Assembly (NCBI GenBank): GCA_050250895.1
Contig: JBFWNU010000001.1
Span: forward strand, 2,628,891-2,692,890
Length of the DNA stretch: 64,000 nucleotides
From: Vulcanimicrobiota bacterium
GTDB taxonomy: Bacteria; Vulcanimicrobiota; Xenobia; Xenobiales; JADMJV01
Direction of reading: 5' to 3'
Shown: piece by piece, positions 51,975 to 61,412 of the stretch
Numbering within the stretch: the first letter of the stretch is position 1
Layout of the letters: the number at the start of each line of letters is the position of its first letter
Translations under genes and position numbers: made by a program
The notes under the pieces: generated by a model
What the model was told of the DNA's origin: nothing
Seen by the model: the letters and a program-made list of their open reading frames with translations, nothing else
Database searches by the model: none

Positions 51975-52591
51975 TCCTGGCGGATGTCGACGCGAAAATC
52001 GTTGACCTGGATGAACTCCTCGTCGACCTTGATCTCGGTCCGCAAGGCTTCCTGGGGCTGGCTATGGGCCAGCAATTCGGCCGGAGACATGGCTAACACG
52101 GCCTGGTGATGGGTGATGGCCTGGCGCGTGACGGCGAGCGACTGTTTCACTTCGCCCAGATCGTGGCGGGCCGTCTTGAGCACGGCTTTGTCGAACTCGG
52201 CCGGACGGACCCACGACTTGACGAGGTCGCGATAGTTGCTCGGGCCGACAAGGGCGCCGTAGAAGCCGATGGCCAGGGTCAGACCCGGCACCCAGGGGGC
52301 CACGCCGGGAATTTGGCTCAAGCCGGCCGAGAGGGCCGCACCGACGCCCAGGCTGGCCGCCGAAACCTGCCAGCCCTTCCAGGCCGGGGGCTTCTTCAGA
52401 ATCGCCTGGGACTCGTCAAAACGAGGCCGGCTGATCGATTGCAGCGAACGGCTGAAACGGTCGCTGGCGATGAAGTCGGTTAGAAACTGCTCTTCTTGCT
52501 CGAGCCGGGCCTGAGCCTGCTGGGCCAGCGGTAGCTCGCGGCTGGCTCGGGCGCGCAGGTTGCTAGCCGCGTCGATCTGGGCCAGTTGCAT
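51971..52591 (-). CDS. Hypothetical two-TM coiled-coil protein
   Basis: MQL- N-terminus, central TM hairpin, C-terminal IKVDEEFIQVNDFRV. TGATG coupling. Confidence 0.65.
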   Translation of the reverse strand: MQLAQIDAASNLRARASRELPLAQQAQARLEQEEQFLTDFIASDRFSRSLQSISRPRFDESQAILKKPPAWKGWQVSAASLGVGAALSAGLSQIPGVAPWVPGLTLAIGFYGALVGPSNYRDLVKSWVRPAEFDKAVLKTARHDLGEVKQSLAVTRQAITHHQAVLAMSPAELLAHSQPQEALRTEIKVDEEFIQVNDFRVDIRQD

Positions 52592-53391
52592 CAGTAGCCT
52601 CCGCTGAAAACGCCCAGGCCGCCCAGCCCAAACATCACCGCCGCCGAGCCGAGCACGCCAGCGGCGCCGCCGAAGTGGCCTGCCAGTAATAGACCGGTCA
52701 GTGTGGCCGCGCCGCCCAGGGCGGCTTTGGTCTGGTTGTCGAAGGACACGGCCGCTCCCAGACCCGCTCCGCAGATCACCCCCACGCCAAGCAAGACAGG
52801 CAGGGGAGCGCCGGCCATGGGCAGGGCCGAGGCGAACAACCCCAGGGCGCCGCCGGCCAGACCCTGACCCACATCGAACTGGCGAAAATCAGGGCGCCAG
52901 CCGCGCTGTTCGAGCCGGAGTTCGCCCGAGGCCACGTCTTCGGTGACGGTCACCTTGAACTTGTCGTTGCGGTAGTTGCCGGTGTGCTCCTGGGTATAGA
53001 CGCGCACCGGCCGCGGCGTGCCCACCAGGCCGAGAAAGCCGTCTTTGCGGGTCGTTTCTTCGAGGGTGTAGCGGTTGACACCGTTGTTCCAGTTCTCGTC
53101 GCCGTTCCAATAGAAGAGGCTCGAGACATCGGCTTTGGTGGGCTTGCCGTCGGGACCGATTGCGGCCGTGGCGGTGAGCACCACTTCATCCTGGCCGCGG
53201 CCGTCGGGCACCACCACCGAGGCGCCCCCCTGGCGCGAAGACCCCTGACGAGACACGGCTACGCGCTGGGGCGAGGGGTCGAAGTCGAGACCGTTCTGGT
53301 CGTTGACGTTGGCCACTGCGGCGGCCATGGCGAGGGTGCGCTGTTTGACGCGCTGAGCTTCGGCGAGCTGGTCGGGGTTAGCGATTTTCAT
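52591..53391 (-). CDS. Hypothetical protein with C-terminal glycine-rich hydrophobic helices
   Basis: AGGAG SD; MKI- N-terminus, beta-rich middle, about four GxxxG-rich segments. Confidence 0.7.
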   Translation of the reverse strand: MKIANPDQLAEAQRVKQRTLAMAAAVANVNDQNGLDFDPSPQRVAVSRQGSSRQGGASVVVPDGRGQDEVVLTATAAIGPDGKPTKADVSSLFYWNGDENWNNGVNRYTLEETTRKDGFLGLVGTPRPVRVYTQEHTGNYRNDKFKVTVTEDVASGELRLEQRGWRPDFRQFDVGQGLAGGALGLFASALPMAGAPLPVLLGVGVICGAGLGAAVSFDNQTKAALGGAATLTGLLLAGHFGGAAGVLGSAAVMFGLGGLGVFSGGY

Positions 53392-53435
53392 GGTCGTTCT
53401 CCTGCTCCTTCATTGTAGCGGCAGGGTAGGCCGCT

Positions 53436-54482
53436 TTGGTTTCTATTCTGTTGCGGTGTGTCGATTTCAAAGGACCCGACCCTCTTCTTCCGGAAGAAAA
53501 CAGGCAAGCTAGCGAAGCGAGGTATCGAGGGTTGGAGAGCTTCTTTCTCGGGCTGGTGGTCGACTCGACCGAGACCAGCGCGTTGCTCTACGACGATCAG
53601 GGCAAACGGCGGGCCGCGACCGTGTTGCCCAACAAAGATTTCAGCAGCTCGCGCGAACTGTTGCGCACGGCCACACTGGCGTCGTTCGAGGCGGCCCGTG
53701 ACGGTTTGCTGGTGGGGGCGGTCGGCTTGTCGGGGCTCGATTCAGCCGCCCATCGCCAGTCGGCCGCCCGCATGCTGGCGGGCATGATGCCGTCGAATTC
53801 TCTGGTCTTAGTGGGCGACTTTCTCGAGATGACGCTGGCCGGAGCCACCGACTTTCAGCCCGGCCGTCTTTTCTATTCGTGCAGCGAGGCGGCCGTGGCC
53901 AGTCTCGACCAGCGCGGCAACTTTGCCAAGGCCGAGGCTCCTCGCGATCCGATGGGCGCCGAAGGCAGCGCCCTCTGGCTGGGGACCCGCACGCTGCTCG
54001 TGCTGACCCGCATGATGACCGGCAAGATGGCCATCGAACCCCGGCTGGTGCAGGCAGTCGAGGGCTTCTTCGGCTTCTCGCTGGAAGAGGGCCTGGCCGG
54101 GTTGGCCGGCATCGAGCCCGAGCGGGTCAAAGGATTGTCCCAGGTGACCCTCGAGCTGTCGACCTATCCCGATCCCGTGCCGGCCTGTCGCGCCCTGGTG
54201 CTGCAGGCCTGTCGCCGCCTGCGTAGCCTGGCGGCTGAGCTGCCTAACCCTGCGGGCAGCTGGTATCAGGGGTCGGGGTTGGTGGGCAGTCTGCGCGAAG
54301 AGTTGGCCCAACAGCTCGAACTCCACGAGTGGAACGAATGTCGCGCCGGCGCCGTGGAGGGGGCGGTAGGCCTGGCTCAGGCCGGCCACCGGGTCCGCGA
54401 CGACCTGCCCGAGACAGGGGTCACCGATCTCTCGCCGCTGGTCTGGCAAAAGGCTTTCCAGAGCGGTCGTCCCAACCCCTGA
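53436..54482 (+). CDS. Degenerate BadF/N-acetylglucosamine kinase-like (ASKHA) protein
   Basis: VGLSGLD, GAEGSALWLG, GAVEGA; the phosphate-1 DGGGT motif is replaced by VDSTET. Start uncertain. Confidence 0.6.
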   Translation: MVSILLRCVDFKGPDPLLPEENRQASEARYRGLESFFLGLVVDSTETSALLYDDQGKRRAATVLPNKDFSSSRELLRTATLASFEAARDGLLVGAVGLSGLDSAAHRQSAARMLAGMMPSNSLVLVGDFLEMTLAGATDFQPGRLFYSCSEAAVASLDQRGNFAKAEAPRDPMGAEGSALWLGTRTLLVLTRMMTGKMAIEPRLVQAVEGFFGFSLEEGLAGLAGIEPERVKGLSQVTLELSTYPDPVPACRALVLQACRRLRSLAAELPNPAGSWYQGSGLVGSLREELAQQLELHEWNECRAGAVEGAVGLAQAGHRVRDDLPETGVTDLSPLVWQKAFQSGRPNP

Positions 54483-54501
54483 CGTGTGCTAGAATCTACA
54501 G

Positions 54502-54888
54502 GTGGGGACGCGCAGGGGATACAGCTTCGTCGAGATTGTGGTGGCCTTCGCCCTGCTCTCGTTGATGGTGGGCATCTTTTTCAATTTGCTGCCCGCTTCC
54601 CGCCTGGCCTCGCATCGGGCCGAGAACCGGCTGCTGGCCAGCAATCTGGCCCAAAACCTGCTAGAGGAGCGGCGCTCGCGCCCTTTTGACGAACTGGTGG
54701 TGGGAACCACCGAGAATTTCACCGAGGTCCACGGTCGCATCACCTACAATATGACCCTGAACGTCAGCGCCGTCAGCGGGGTTGATTCGAAGTACGTCAA
54801 ACAGGCTCGGGTCGAGGTCAATTGGCAGGAGAAGGGGGGTCCCCAGAAGCTTGTCTACGAGTTGCGCCTCTTCCAGCAAAACCGCTAG
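54502..54888 (+). CDS. Type IV pilin / pseudopilin (PilV-like)
   Basis: RRG|YSFVEIVVAFALL class III signal peptide; TGcTAGAAT 6 nt upstream of GTG. Confidence 0.82.
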   Translation: MGTRRGYSFVEIVVAFALLSLMVGIFFNLLPASRLASHRAENRLLASNLAQNLLEERRSRPFDELVVGTTENFTEVHGRITYNMTLNVSAVSGVDSKYVKQARVEVNWQEKGGPQKLVYELRLFQQNR

Positions 54889-55486
54889 CGGTTTCACCCT
54901 CTTAGAGGTGATGGTGGCCGCCACCCTCACCTTGCTGCTGCTGGGCCTGTGTTTTTCTTTCTTGATTCCGGCCTTGCGTCACAGCCGGCATGGCGCTGTT
55001 CAGGCCGAATTGCAGCAGATGGCTACGCTGTCGATGCGAAAACTGGTGGATGACATCGAGAAGACCAACTATTCGGGCATTTCGTTGCGCCAGGACCCGG
55101 TGGTACTGGCCATTCATCCTCTGGTCGACGTCACACCGGGCGGTCGTCGAGTCTATGCCGACTCGCTGATCGTCTATTTCTACGACAGCGACAACCAGGT
55201 GCTCAAGCGTCGCAGTTGGCCTCCCGAGCCTCCGACCGGAATTCCTCATCCGGGCACGGAGGCGGGCATGCGGCTCTCGGCCGCCCAGCTCCAGATGTTT
55301 CCCGGGGAATCGTCGGGGGCTCGCAACATGGCCAACTCGCTGGCCGAGTTCGAGATCACTCACGCCGGCATCGGCGGGTTCCTCCAGTTGCCCCTGACGG
55401 TGCGCATGGTCACCGAAAGCGGATCGGGCCAGGAGCGCGAACGATTCGAACTGGTCCGGACCATCACCCTACGAAACCAACTATGA
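54851..55486 (+). CDS. Type IV pilin / pseudopilin (PilW/GspJ-like)
   Basis: G|FTLLEVMVAA class III signal peptide; probable TTG start at 54851. Confidence 0.8.
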   Translation: MSTSCASSSKTASGFTLLEVMVAATLTLLLLGLCFSFLIPALRHSRHGAVQAELQQMATLSMRKLVDDIEKTNYSGISLRQDPVVLAIHPLVDVTPGGRRVYADSLIVYFYDSDNQVLKRRSWPPEPPTGIPHPGTEAGMRLSAAQLQMFPGESSGARNMANSLAEFEITHAGIGGFLQLPLTVRMVTESGSGQERERFELVRTITLRNQL

Positions 55487-56787
55487 CACGCTTGATTCCG
55501 CTCTTGCTGGCGCTGAGCCTGGTGGCCGCAGCCCAACCTCCCGTCTCGCGCCGCGTCAGCTTCAACCTGCGGCCCGAGAACGCCACCGTCTGGATGCTCG
55601 ACGAAAGCGGCGATTACAACTATGTGGGCAAGGCCGGTCAGGCCATCAGCCTCGACTTGCACGGCCGCAGCTCGCAATTTCGCTTTCAGGCCGAGGGGTG
55701 GAAGACCAGCAGCAAGGTCGTCGAGAACGGGGTGTTGCGCGACTATGACCAGTGGCCCGAGAACGGCCAGCCGTTTCTGCTCGAGCCTGACAGCCGCGCC
55801 GTGCTGCTGGCCTATTATCTGCGCCCCTGGCGTTGGGCCCTCGGCCTGATGGCGGGGCTGGCCCTGGTGGGGCTCAACCACTGGCGCCGGCGGGGCGCTC
55901 GCATGGCCAAGCTCGAGTCGCTGACCATCAAGGGGGCGACCGAAGGAGACCTGGTCGGGGGTCGACTGGGCCGGTACCGCCTCACGGATCGTCTGGGCCG
56001 GGGTGGGATGGCCACCGTCTATCGGGCCATTCCCGATGGCTCTCTCAACGAGGACGAGGCGGTGGCCATCAAGCTCATCGAAGCGGACGAGGCCGATCGC
56101 GACGAGGGGCTCGACCGTTTTCGCCGCGAGGTGAGGGCTTATCAGAGCCTGGATCATCCCAACATCGTGCGCCTGATCGAGTGGGTCGATAGCGAAGAGC
56201 CTTACTATATCGTGATGGAACTGCTCGAGGGCGGCACCCTCGAGAAGATGGTTCGCGAAGGGGTGTCACCGGGACGGGCGGTAGCCGTGCTCGACGAGGT
56301 GATGCGAGGCGTCGCCCACGCCCACCACGAGGGTATCGTCCACCGAGACCTCAAGCCGGGCAACGTGATGTTCACCGCTGGCGGCCACGCCAAGGTCATG
56401 GATTTTGGCCTGGCTCGCGGCCATTTTCTCAAGACGGTAACGGTCACGGGGACGGTGTTGGGCACCCCGGCTTATATGGCTCCCGAGCAGATCCAGGGCC
56501 TACCGCCCAGCCCCTCGATGGACCAGTATGCCCTGGGCATCGTGGCCTATCAACTGCTGACCGGCCGTCTGCCTTTCGACAGTGACGACATGATGGGGGT
56601 AGTAACCGCCCATCTGGTCAGCGAGCCACCGCCGCTGCGGCAGTTCAAGCCGACTCTGCCCGAGACGCTCGAGGCGGTGGTCTTGAAGATGCTGGTGAAG
56701 GATCCGGCGGAGCGTTTTGCCGGGGTCGAAGAGGCCCGTCAGGCCCTGCTAGCGGCGGCCCGGCAGTTGCCCAGGGAACAAGCTTGA
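55483..56787 (+). CDS. Receptor-type Ser/Thr protein kinase (signal peptide, extracytoplasmic domain, TM, C-terminal kinase)
   Basis: MTRLIPLLLALSLVAAA; TM WALGLMAGLALVGL; GRGGMATVY, VAIK, HRDLKPGN, DFG, APE. ATGA coupling. Confidence 0.9.
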   Translation: MTRLIPLLLALSLVAAAQPPVSRRVSFNLRPENATVWMLDESGDYNYVGKAGQAISLDLHGRSSQFRFQAEGWKTSSKVVENGVLRDYDQWPENGQPFLLEPDSRAVLLAYYLRPWRWALGLMAGLALVGLNHWRRRGARMAKLESLTIKGATEGDLVGGRLGRYRLTDRLGRGGMATVYRAIPDGSLNEDEAVAIKLIEADEADRDEGLDRFRREVRAYQSLDHPNIVRLIEWVDSEEPYYIVMELLEGGTLEKMVREGVSPGRAVAVLDEVMRGVAHAHHEGIVHRDLKPGNVMFTAGGHAKVMDFGLARGHFLKTVTVTGTVLGTPAYMAPEQIQGLPPSPSMDQYALGIVAYQLLTGRLPFDSDDMMGVVTAHLVSEPPPLRQFKPTLPETLEAVVLKMLVKDPAERFAGVEEARQALLAAARQLPREQA

Positions 56788-56808
56788 GCTGAGCGAACTG
56801 GTGGGGCC

Positions 56809-57222
56809 ATGGATTACACCAGGCGTCCCATGCCATTCTCTTTGCTCGAAGCCGATGACGGCGGCGTGCTGGTCTATGTCGGCCAGCACCAGTGGGTGGT
56901 TGACCCTCTCACTGGAGAATACTTCAAGCTCGAGGGGGCGGCCGCCGAAGCCAAACAGGTCCGCTCCCTGACCCTTTATCAACGAGCCAGCGAACTGGGC
57001 GCCAAAATGGCTCCCGAGGACATCTATGTCGAGGTGAAGTTACCAAAAGGTGTCCTCCATCTCGAGCAGACCGGCCCCAATTCGCTCAGCGTAGGCTGTG
57101 TGGACCTCGACCTTCAGCAAGACGGAACCTTCATGGGGCGAGGCGAAGAGGCTCCCCCGGTCTATTTCCACCGGGACGGTCGAGCCGAAGTGCTCGAGGA
57201 TGGCGAAGAGTCAAACAGTTAG
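56809..57222 (+). CDS. Hypothetical protein
   Basis: Co-oriented ORF with typical codon usage. Confidence 0.55.
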   Translation: MDYTRRPMPFSLLEADDGGVLVYVGQHQWVVDPLTGEYFKLEGAAAEAKQVRSLTLYQRASELGAKMAPEDIYVEVKLPKGVLHLEQTGPNSLSVGCVDLDLQQDGTFMGRGEEAPPVYFHRDGRAEVLEDGEESNS

Positions 57223-57259
57223 CAACAGCCCTGCAACGCCAGGAAGCTAGTTTGCTACC

Positions 57260-59215
57260 GTGCCAACCCAGATCTTGTATGGTATCGTCGACGAGCGGCT
57301 GACCTCGGAGGCCTTCGCGGCCCTGTGCGGTCGGCTGGCCGGCGTTCCCTTTGTCAAAGTGGTGGTGGTGCGCGAGAGCGGCATCGTCCACTTTATCAAC
57401 CACCACGCCTATCAGTTCCATTCCGATTACATCGCCGAGCAGATACTGGGAGAGTCGTCCAAAGAGCTCGACCAGCGTCTCGACAGCTTCAACGAAGAGG
57501 TCTATCATAGCCCCGACCGGCGCTACCTGCTGGGCACGGTGGGCATGCACCAGAAGAAGAAAGGCCGCGCCTTCTACACCCTCGAGACGGTCGAAGTCGA
57601 CACCATGGGCCCGGCCTTGATCAAGGCCTTCTACGAGGCCGTCAAAGGCAAACTCGACCGCTCCTTCCGTCTCTATTTCAAGCCCAACAACCACCAACAA
57701 GAAGAAGACGCCGAGGGCGTCCCCATCATGACTGCCTCGGCCTTGTTCGAGCAGTCCGAGTACCTGCCCCTGAATGCGGGTCTTGCCGAAGGGCGCCTAC
57801 GGGCCTTCGAGACTGAAGCCGAGTTCCGTCGCCATCGGGATAGCCTGGAGTGGTACGACATCATCGTCATGCATCGAGTGCCCGACGATATTCCCCGCCT
57901 GTCGGGGATCATCAACGCCTCGCACACTACTCCGTTGTCGCATACCAACGTCCTGGCCAGCGGCTGGCAGATTCCCAACGCGGTCCAGATCGGGGTGCTC
58001 GATCGCATCGCCAAAGAGGGCCTGGACGAGGGCTGGGTCCGCTACGAGGTCGACTCCAAAGCGGCGGCCATCAGCCTCGAGAGCATCCCTCAGCCCGACC
58101 AGCCGCGCAAACCCGCCTGGGCCCTGCACCGGGTTCGTCTCGAAGCCCCCGACGTCGAGACAGCAGCCATTGTCGACCTGAGCGAGTTGCGCCTGTCGGA
58201 CCGCTTTCGCTACGGCACCAAAGCCGCCAATCTGGGCGAGTTGCATTACCTGCTCGAGCACGGCTCGAACCGGGTGCTAGGGTTCTATCAATTGCCGCGG
58301 CCCCCGCGCGCCAACCTCTTGCGGCACCTTTCCGATTTTCTGGGAGTGGCCGAAGAGTCGCGTGAATTGACCGAGGCGGCGCTGGATTTCTTGCGCGGGC
58401 TGGTCAAAGTGCCGCGCGGACTGGCCCTGCCGTTTTCCTTGCAGCGCGAGTTCCTCGAGTCCTCACCCACCATCCAACAGACGCTGGGCAAGCTCAAAAT
58501 GGCCCTGCAGCTCGATGCCCGCGAGGTCGAGCCCCTGTGCGTGTCGCTGCAGAACCTGATCCGTAAGACTCGCATGCCCGACGGCCTGCGCGAGCGCATC
58601 GACGAGAAGATCACCGAACATCTGCTGGGCGTCTCGACTTTCGTAGTGCGCAGCTCCTCCAACGCCGAAGACCTCGAAGATTTCTCGGCCGCCGGGGTCT
58701 ATGAGTCGATCAACCACATCACCACCGCCGAGACGCTCTTCGCCAGTATCAAAGAGGTATGGGCCTCGCTGCTCTCGCCGCGCAGCACCAGGCTGCGCCA
58801 GGAAGTGGGCATCTCGCTCGATGACGCTTATATGGGGGTCATCCTCCAAGAGCAGGTGCCGGCTTCGGTGGGCGGCGTGATGGTGACCACCAACCCCACC
58901 AATCGGGAAGACTTCCGCAACGTCTATCTCAACGCTTCGTTGCTCTCGGTCGAGAAGGTCGTCTCGGGCGGCGAGTTGCCCATCCAATACCTTTTCAACT
59001 CGGTGGAGGGAGGCGGGCGCACGTTGAGTCTGGGCGACGCCCACACCGATCTCGAGAGCGAATGGCTCGAGTTGTTGGGCAAGATGGCCTACGCCGGCCG
59101 CTTGCTCCAATCCCATTTCTCCCCTGACTACACCTTCAGCTGGCCGGTCGATGTCGAGTGGTTGGCCAACCCTGACGGACTCTACATTCTGCAATTGAGG
59201 CCCTACGCCCGATGA
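57260..59215 (+). CDS. PEP/pyruvate-binding (PPDK-type ATP-grasp) dikinase-like protein with central phospho-His domain
   Basis: TTPLSHTNVLA..WQIPNA; YGTKAANLGEL; VRSSSNAEDL..FSAAGVYES; QEQV; DVEW; YILQLRP. Confidence 0.8.
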   Translation: MPTQILYGIVDERLTSEAFAALCGRLAGVPFVKVVVVRESGIVHFINHHAYQFHSDYIAEQILGESSKELDQRLDSFNEEVYHSPDRRYLLGTVGMHQKKKGRAFYTLETVEVDTMGPALIKAFYEAVKGKLDRSFRLYFKPNNHQQEEDAEGVPIMTASALFEQSEYLPLNAGLAEGRLRAFETEAEFRRHRDSLEWYDIIVMHRVPDDIPRLSGIINASHTTPLSHTNVLASGWQIPNAVQIGVLDRIAKEGLDEGWVRYEVDSKAAAISLESIPQPDQPRKPAWALHRVRLEAPDVETAAIVDLSELRLSDRFRYGTKAANLGELHYLLEHGSNRVLGFYQLPRPPRANLLRHLSDFLGVAEESRELTEAALDFLRGLVKVPRGLALPFSLQREFLESSPTIQQTLGKLKMALQLDAREVEPLCVSLQNLIRKTRMPDGLRERIDEKITEHLLGVSTFVVRSSSNAEDLEDFSAAGVYESINHITTAETLFASIKEVWASLLSPRSTRLRQEVGISLDDAYMGVILQEQVPASVGGVMVTTNPTNREDFRNVYLNASLLSVEKVVSGGELPIQYLFNSVEGGGRTLSLGDAHTDLESEWLELLGKMAYAGRLLQSHFSPDYTFSWPVDVEWLANPDGLYILQLRPYAR

Positions 59216-60363
59216 CGCACCGTATCATCAAACTCTATCACGCTTACACTTTCTTTTTTTCGTTGCTCTTCTGGGTGCCGATCTTTTATGAGTTCCAAAA
59301 ACAGATGGGTCTGTCTGACGGCGAGATCTTCGCCATCCAGAGCTTCTACTACCTGGCTTTCTGCGTGCTCGAGCTACCCACCGGCTTTCTGGCCGACCGC
59401 TTTGGCAATCGGCGCATTCTGGCCTGGGCCGCGGTCACCCTGGTGGCGGCTAACTTGCTGCCCATCGGCTGGCCCACCTTCGCCGGTTTTCTGTTTCACT
59501 GGCTGCTGATTGCGGTGGCTCGTTCGCTGGTGTCGGGCTCAGCCAGCGCCTACCTTTATGACTATCTCGAGCGGACCGGCGAAACCGACTGGTATCGCCA
59601 GACCGAGGGCAACGCGCGGGCTCTGAGCCTGTTCGGCCGGGTGGCCGCCTGGGGCGTGGTGGGCTATCTGATGGAGTGGCACGTGACCCTGCCCTACTGG
59701 CTGACCGCCCTGGCCGCCTCGCTGGCCCTGATGGTGGCGGCCCGCCTGCCCGAGGGCGAGCGCAGCACCGAGCCGTGGAGTTTTCGGGCTTGCTTTGAGG
59801 CCTTGCGGACCACTCCTCGGCTGTGGCTGATGATGGGCTCGGGCCTGTCCATCTTCGTGCTGGCCAGGCTGGTCCAGGTCAACCTCTTCCAACCGCTGCT
59901 GGCCTCCAAAGACTATGGAATCCCGGCTTTCGGAGTCATCATGGGCATCACCACCCTGTTCGAAGCGGCCGGTTCGGCCTGGGCCGAGAAAGTGGCTCAG
60001 CGCTTCGGCGAGCTCCCCAGCGTGTTCTGGGTGGCGGTAGTGATGGCCGCCACCACGGCTCTGTTCCCCGCCGCCGGCTGGCAGTTGACCTTCGTGCTGA
60101 TGTCGATCTTCGCCCTGGCCTGCGGGGTGGCTTTTCCTATCCAGCGCAAGCTGCTCAACGAATCCATTCCCAAGCCCCAACTGCGAGCCACGCTGTTGTC
60201 GGTGGAGTCGCTGCTCGATCGGGCCGCCTGCTCGGGGATGGCGGCCATCTCGGGAGCCTTCATGGCCTCGCACCACATGGGGTTGCTACTTTACCTGGCT
60301 GCGGCCACCACTCTGGCCGTGACGGCCGCGTTACTCTACATTTATTCGGCCAGGCAGTCGTGA
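59212..60363 (+). CDS. MFS transporter
   Basis: ELPTGFLADRFGNR, SGSASAYLYD, about 12 TM; ATGA overlap. Confidence 0.9.
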   Translation: MTHRIIKLYHAYTFFFSLLFWVPIFYEFQKQMGLSDGEIFAIQSFYYLAFCVLELPTGFLADRFGNRRILAWAAVTLVAANLLPIGWPTFAGFLFHWLLIAVARSLVSGSASAYLYDYLERTGETDWYRQTEGNARALSLFGRVAAWGVVGYLMEWHVTLPYWLTALAASLALMVAARLPEGERSTEPWSFRACFEALRTTPRLWLMMGSGLSIFVLARLVQVNLFQPLLASKDYGIPAFGVIMGITTLFEAAGSAWAEKVAQRFGELPSVFWVAVVMAATTALFPAAGWQLTFVLMSIFALACGVAFPIQRKLLNESIPKPQLRATLLSVESLLDRAACSGMAAISGAFMASHHMGLLLYLAAATTLAVTAALLYIYSARQS

Positions 60364-61412
60364 GACGCCTGCTGGCCTGTCTGGCGCTGGCCTTTGGCCT
60401 GGCCCTGGCGGGTTGCCAGAAAGAATCGGCTCTCGACGCGGCCCTGCGCAAGTCGCTGGCTTATCTGGCCGGCCAGCAGTCCGAAGACGGCGGCTGGCGC
60501 TCGAAGGTCACCGAGCCGTTCAAGGACGGACCGTCGCTGACTCCGGTGGTGCTCAAGGCCTTCGTCTTCGCTCCCCCCGAACTGGCCGGACCCGCCAGCA
60601 TTCGCGAGCGCGGCCAGGCCTATCTGACCGGGCTCGGCCCCGAGCAATTCGAGGCCCTGCCCTTTCCCGTTTATAGCCTGTCGATGGCAGTGGCGGTGAT
60701 GCCTGCCAGCGATCCGCGGGCCAATCTGGTCAAGGTGATCCGCACCCATCAATTGGTCGAGGAGCTGGGTTGGCAGCCGGCCGATCTGGAATACGGCGGC
60801 TGGGGTGAGGGGATCGAGCCTTATCGCAAGAAGGACGGCAAGACCGACGACCCGGCCGCCAGCCCCAACATCTCCAACACGCTCTTCGCCCTGGGCGGGC
60901 TGCACTTTGCCGGCGCGAAGTCGGACGACCCGGCCGTGGTCAAAGCCTTCGAATTCGTCAAGCACTGCCAGAACGCAGACGGCGGCTTCTTCTATTCGCC
61001 CACCAATCTGCGTCAGAACAAAGGCGGTAAGGACGAACAGGGCCAGAGCTTATCCTACGGCAGCCCCACCTGTGACGGCATTCGCGCCCTCAACTTGTGC
61101 GGTGTCTCGGCCGATGACGAGCGCATGGTGAAAGCTCGTAAATGGCTCGACGGGCACTTCGAGGTCAAGTCGGTGCCGGGCATGGAGGGGCAGAGCCCCG
61201 TCTACTTCTACTATTGCTGGACGCTGGCCCACGCCTGGAGGCTCGACCCCCCCGCCAAAGCTCGGGTCCAGCAACTGGCCGATCACCTGGTCAGCTTGCA
61301 GAACGAAGACGGCTCGTTCACCAACCCCAACCCCGCCATGATCGAGGGCGACCCGCTGGTAGCTACGACGCTGGCCACGGCCGCCCTCGCTTTGTGTCGC
61401 TCGATGCTCTAG
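60360..61412 (+). CDS. Lipoprotein with prenyltransferase/squalene-oxidase (QW-like) repeats
   Basis: Lipobox LALAGC; QQSEDGGW, CQNADGGF, LQNEDGSF; no DxDD. GTGA overlap. Confidence 0.78.
   Translation: MRRLLACLALAFGLALAGCQKESALDAALRKSLAYLAGQQSEDGGWRSKVTEPFKDGPSLTPVVLKAFVFAPPELAGPASIRERGQAYLTGLGPEQFEALPFPVYSLSMAVAVMPASDPRANLVKVIRTHQLVEELGWQPADLEYGGWGEGIEPYRKKDGKTDDPAASPNISNTLFALGGLHFAGAKSDDPAVVKAFEFVKHCQNADGGFFYSPTNLRQNKGGKDEQGQSLSYGSPTCDGIRALNLCGVSADDERMVKARKWLDGHFEVKSVPGMEGQSPVYFYYCWTLAHAWRLDPPAKARVQQLADHLVSLQNEDGSFTNPNPAMIEGDPLVATTLATAALALCRSML

Noticed and set aside
60360-61412. Squalene-hopene cyclase call
   Set aside because: Only 350 aa, has a lipoprotein signal and lacks the DxDD catalytic motif.
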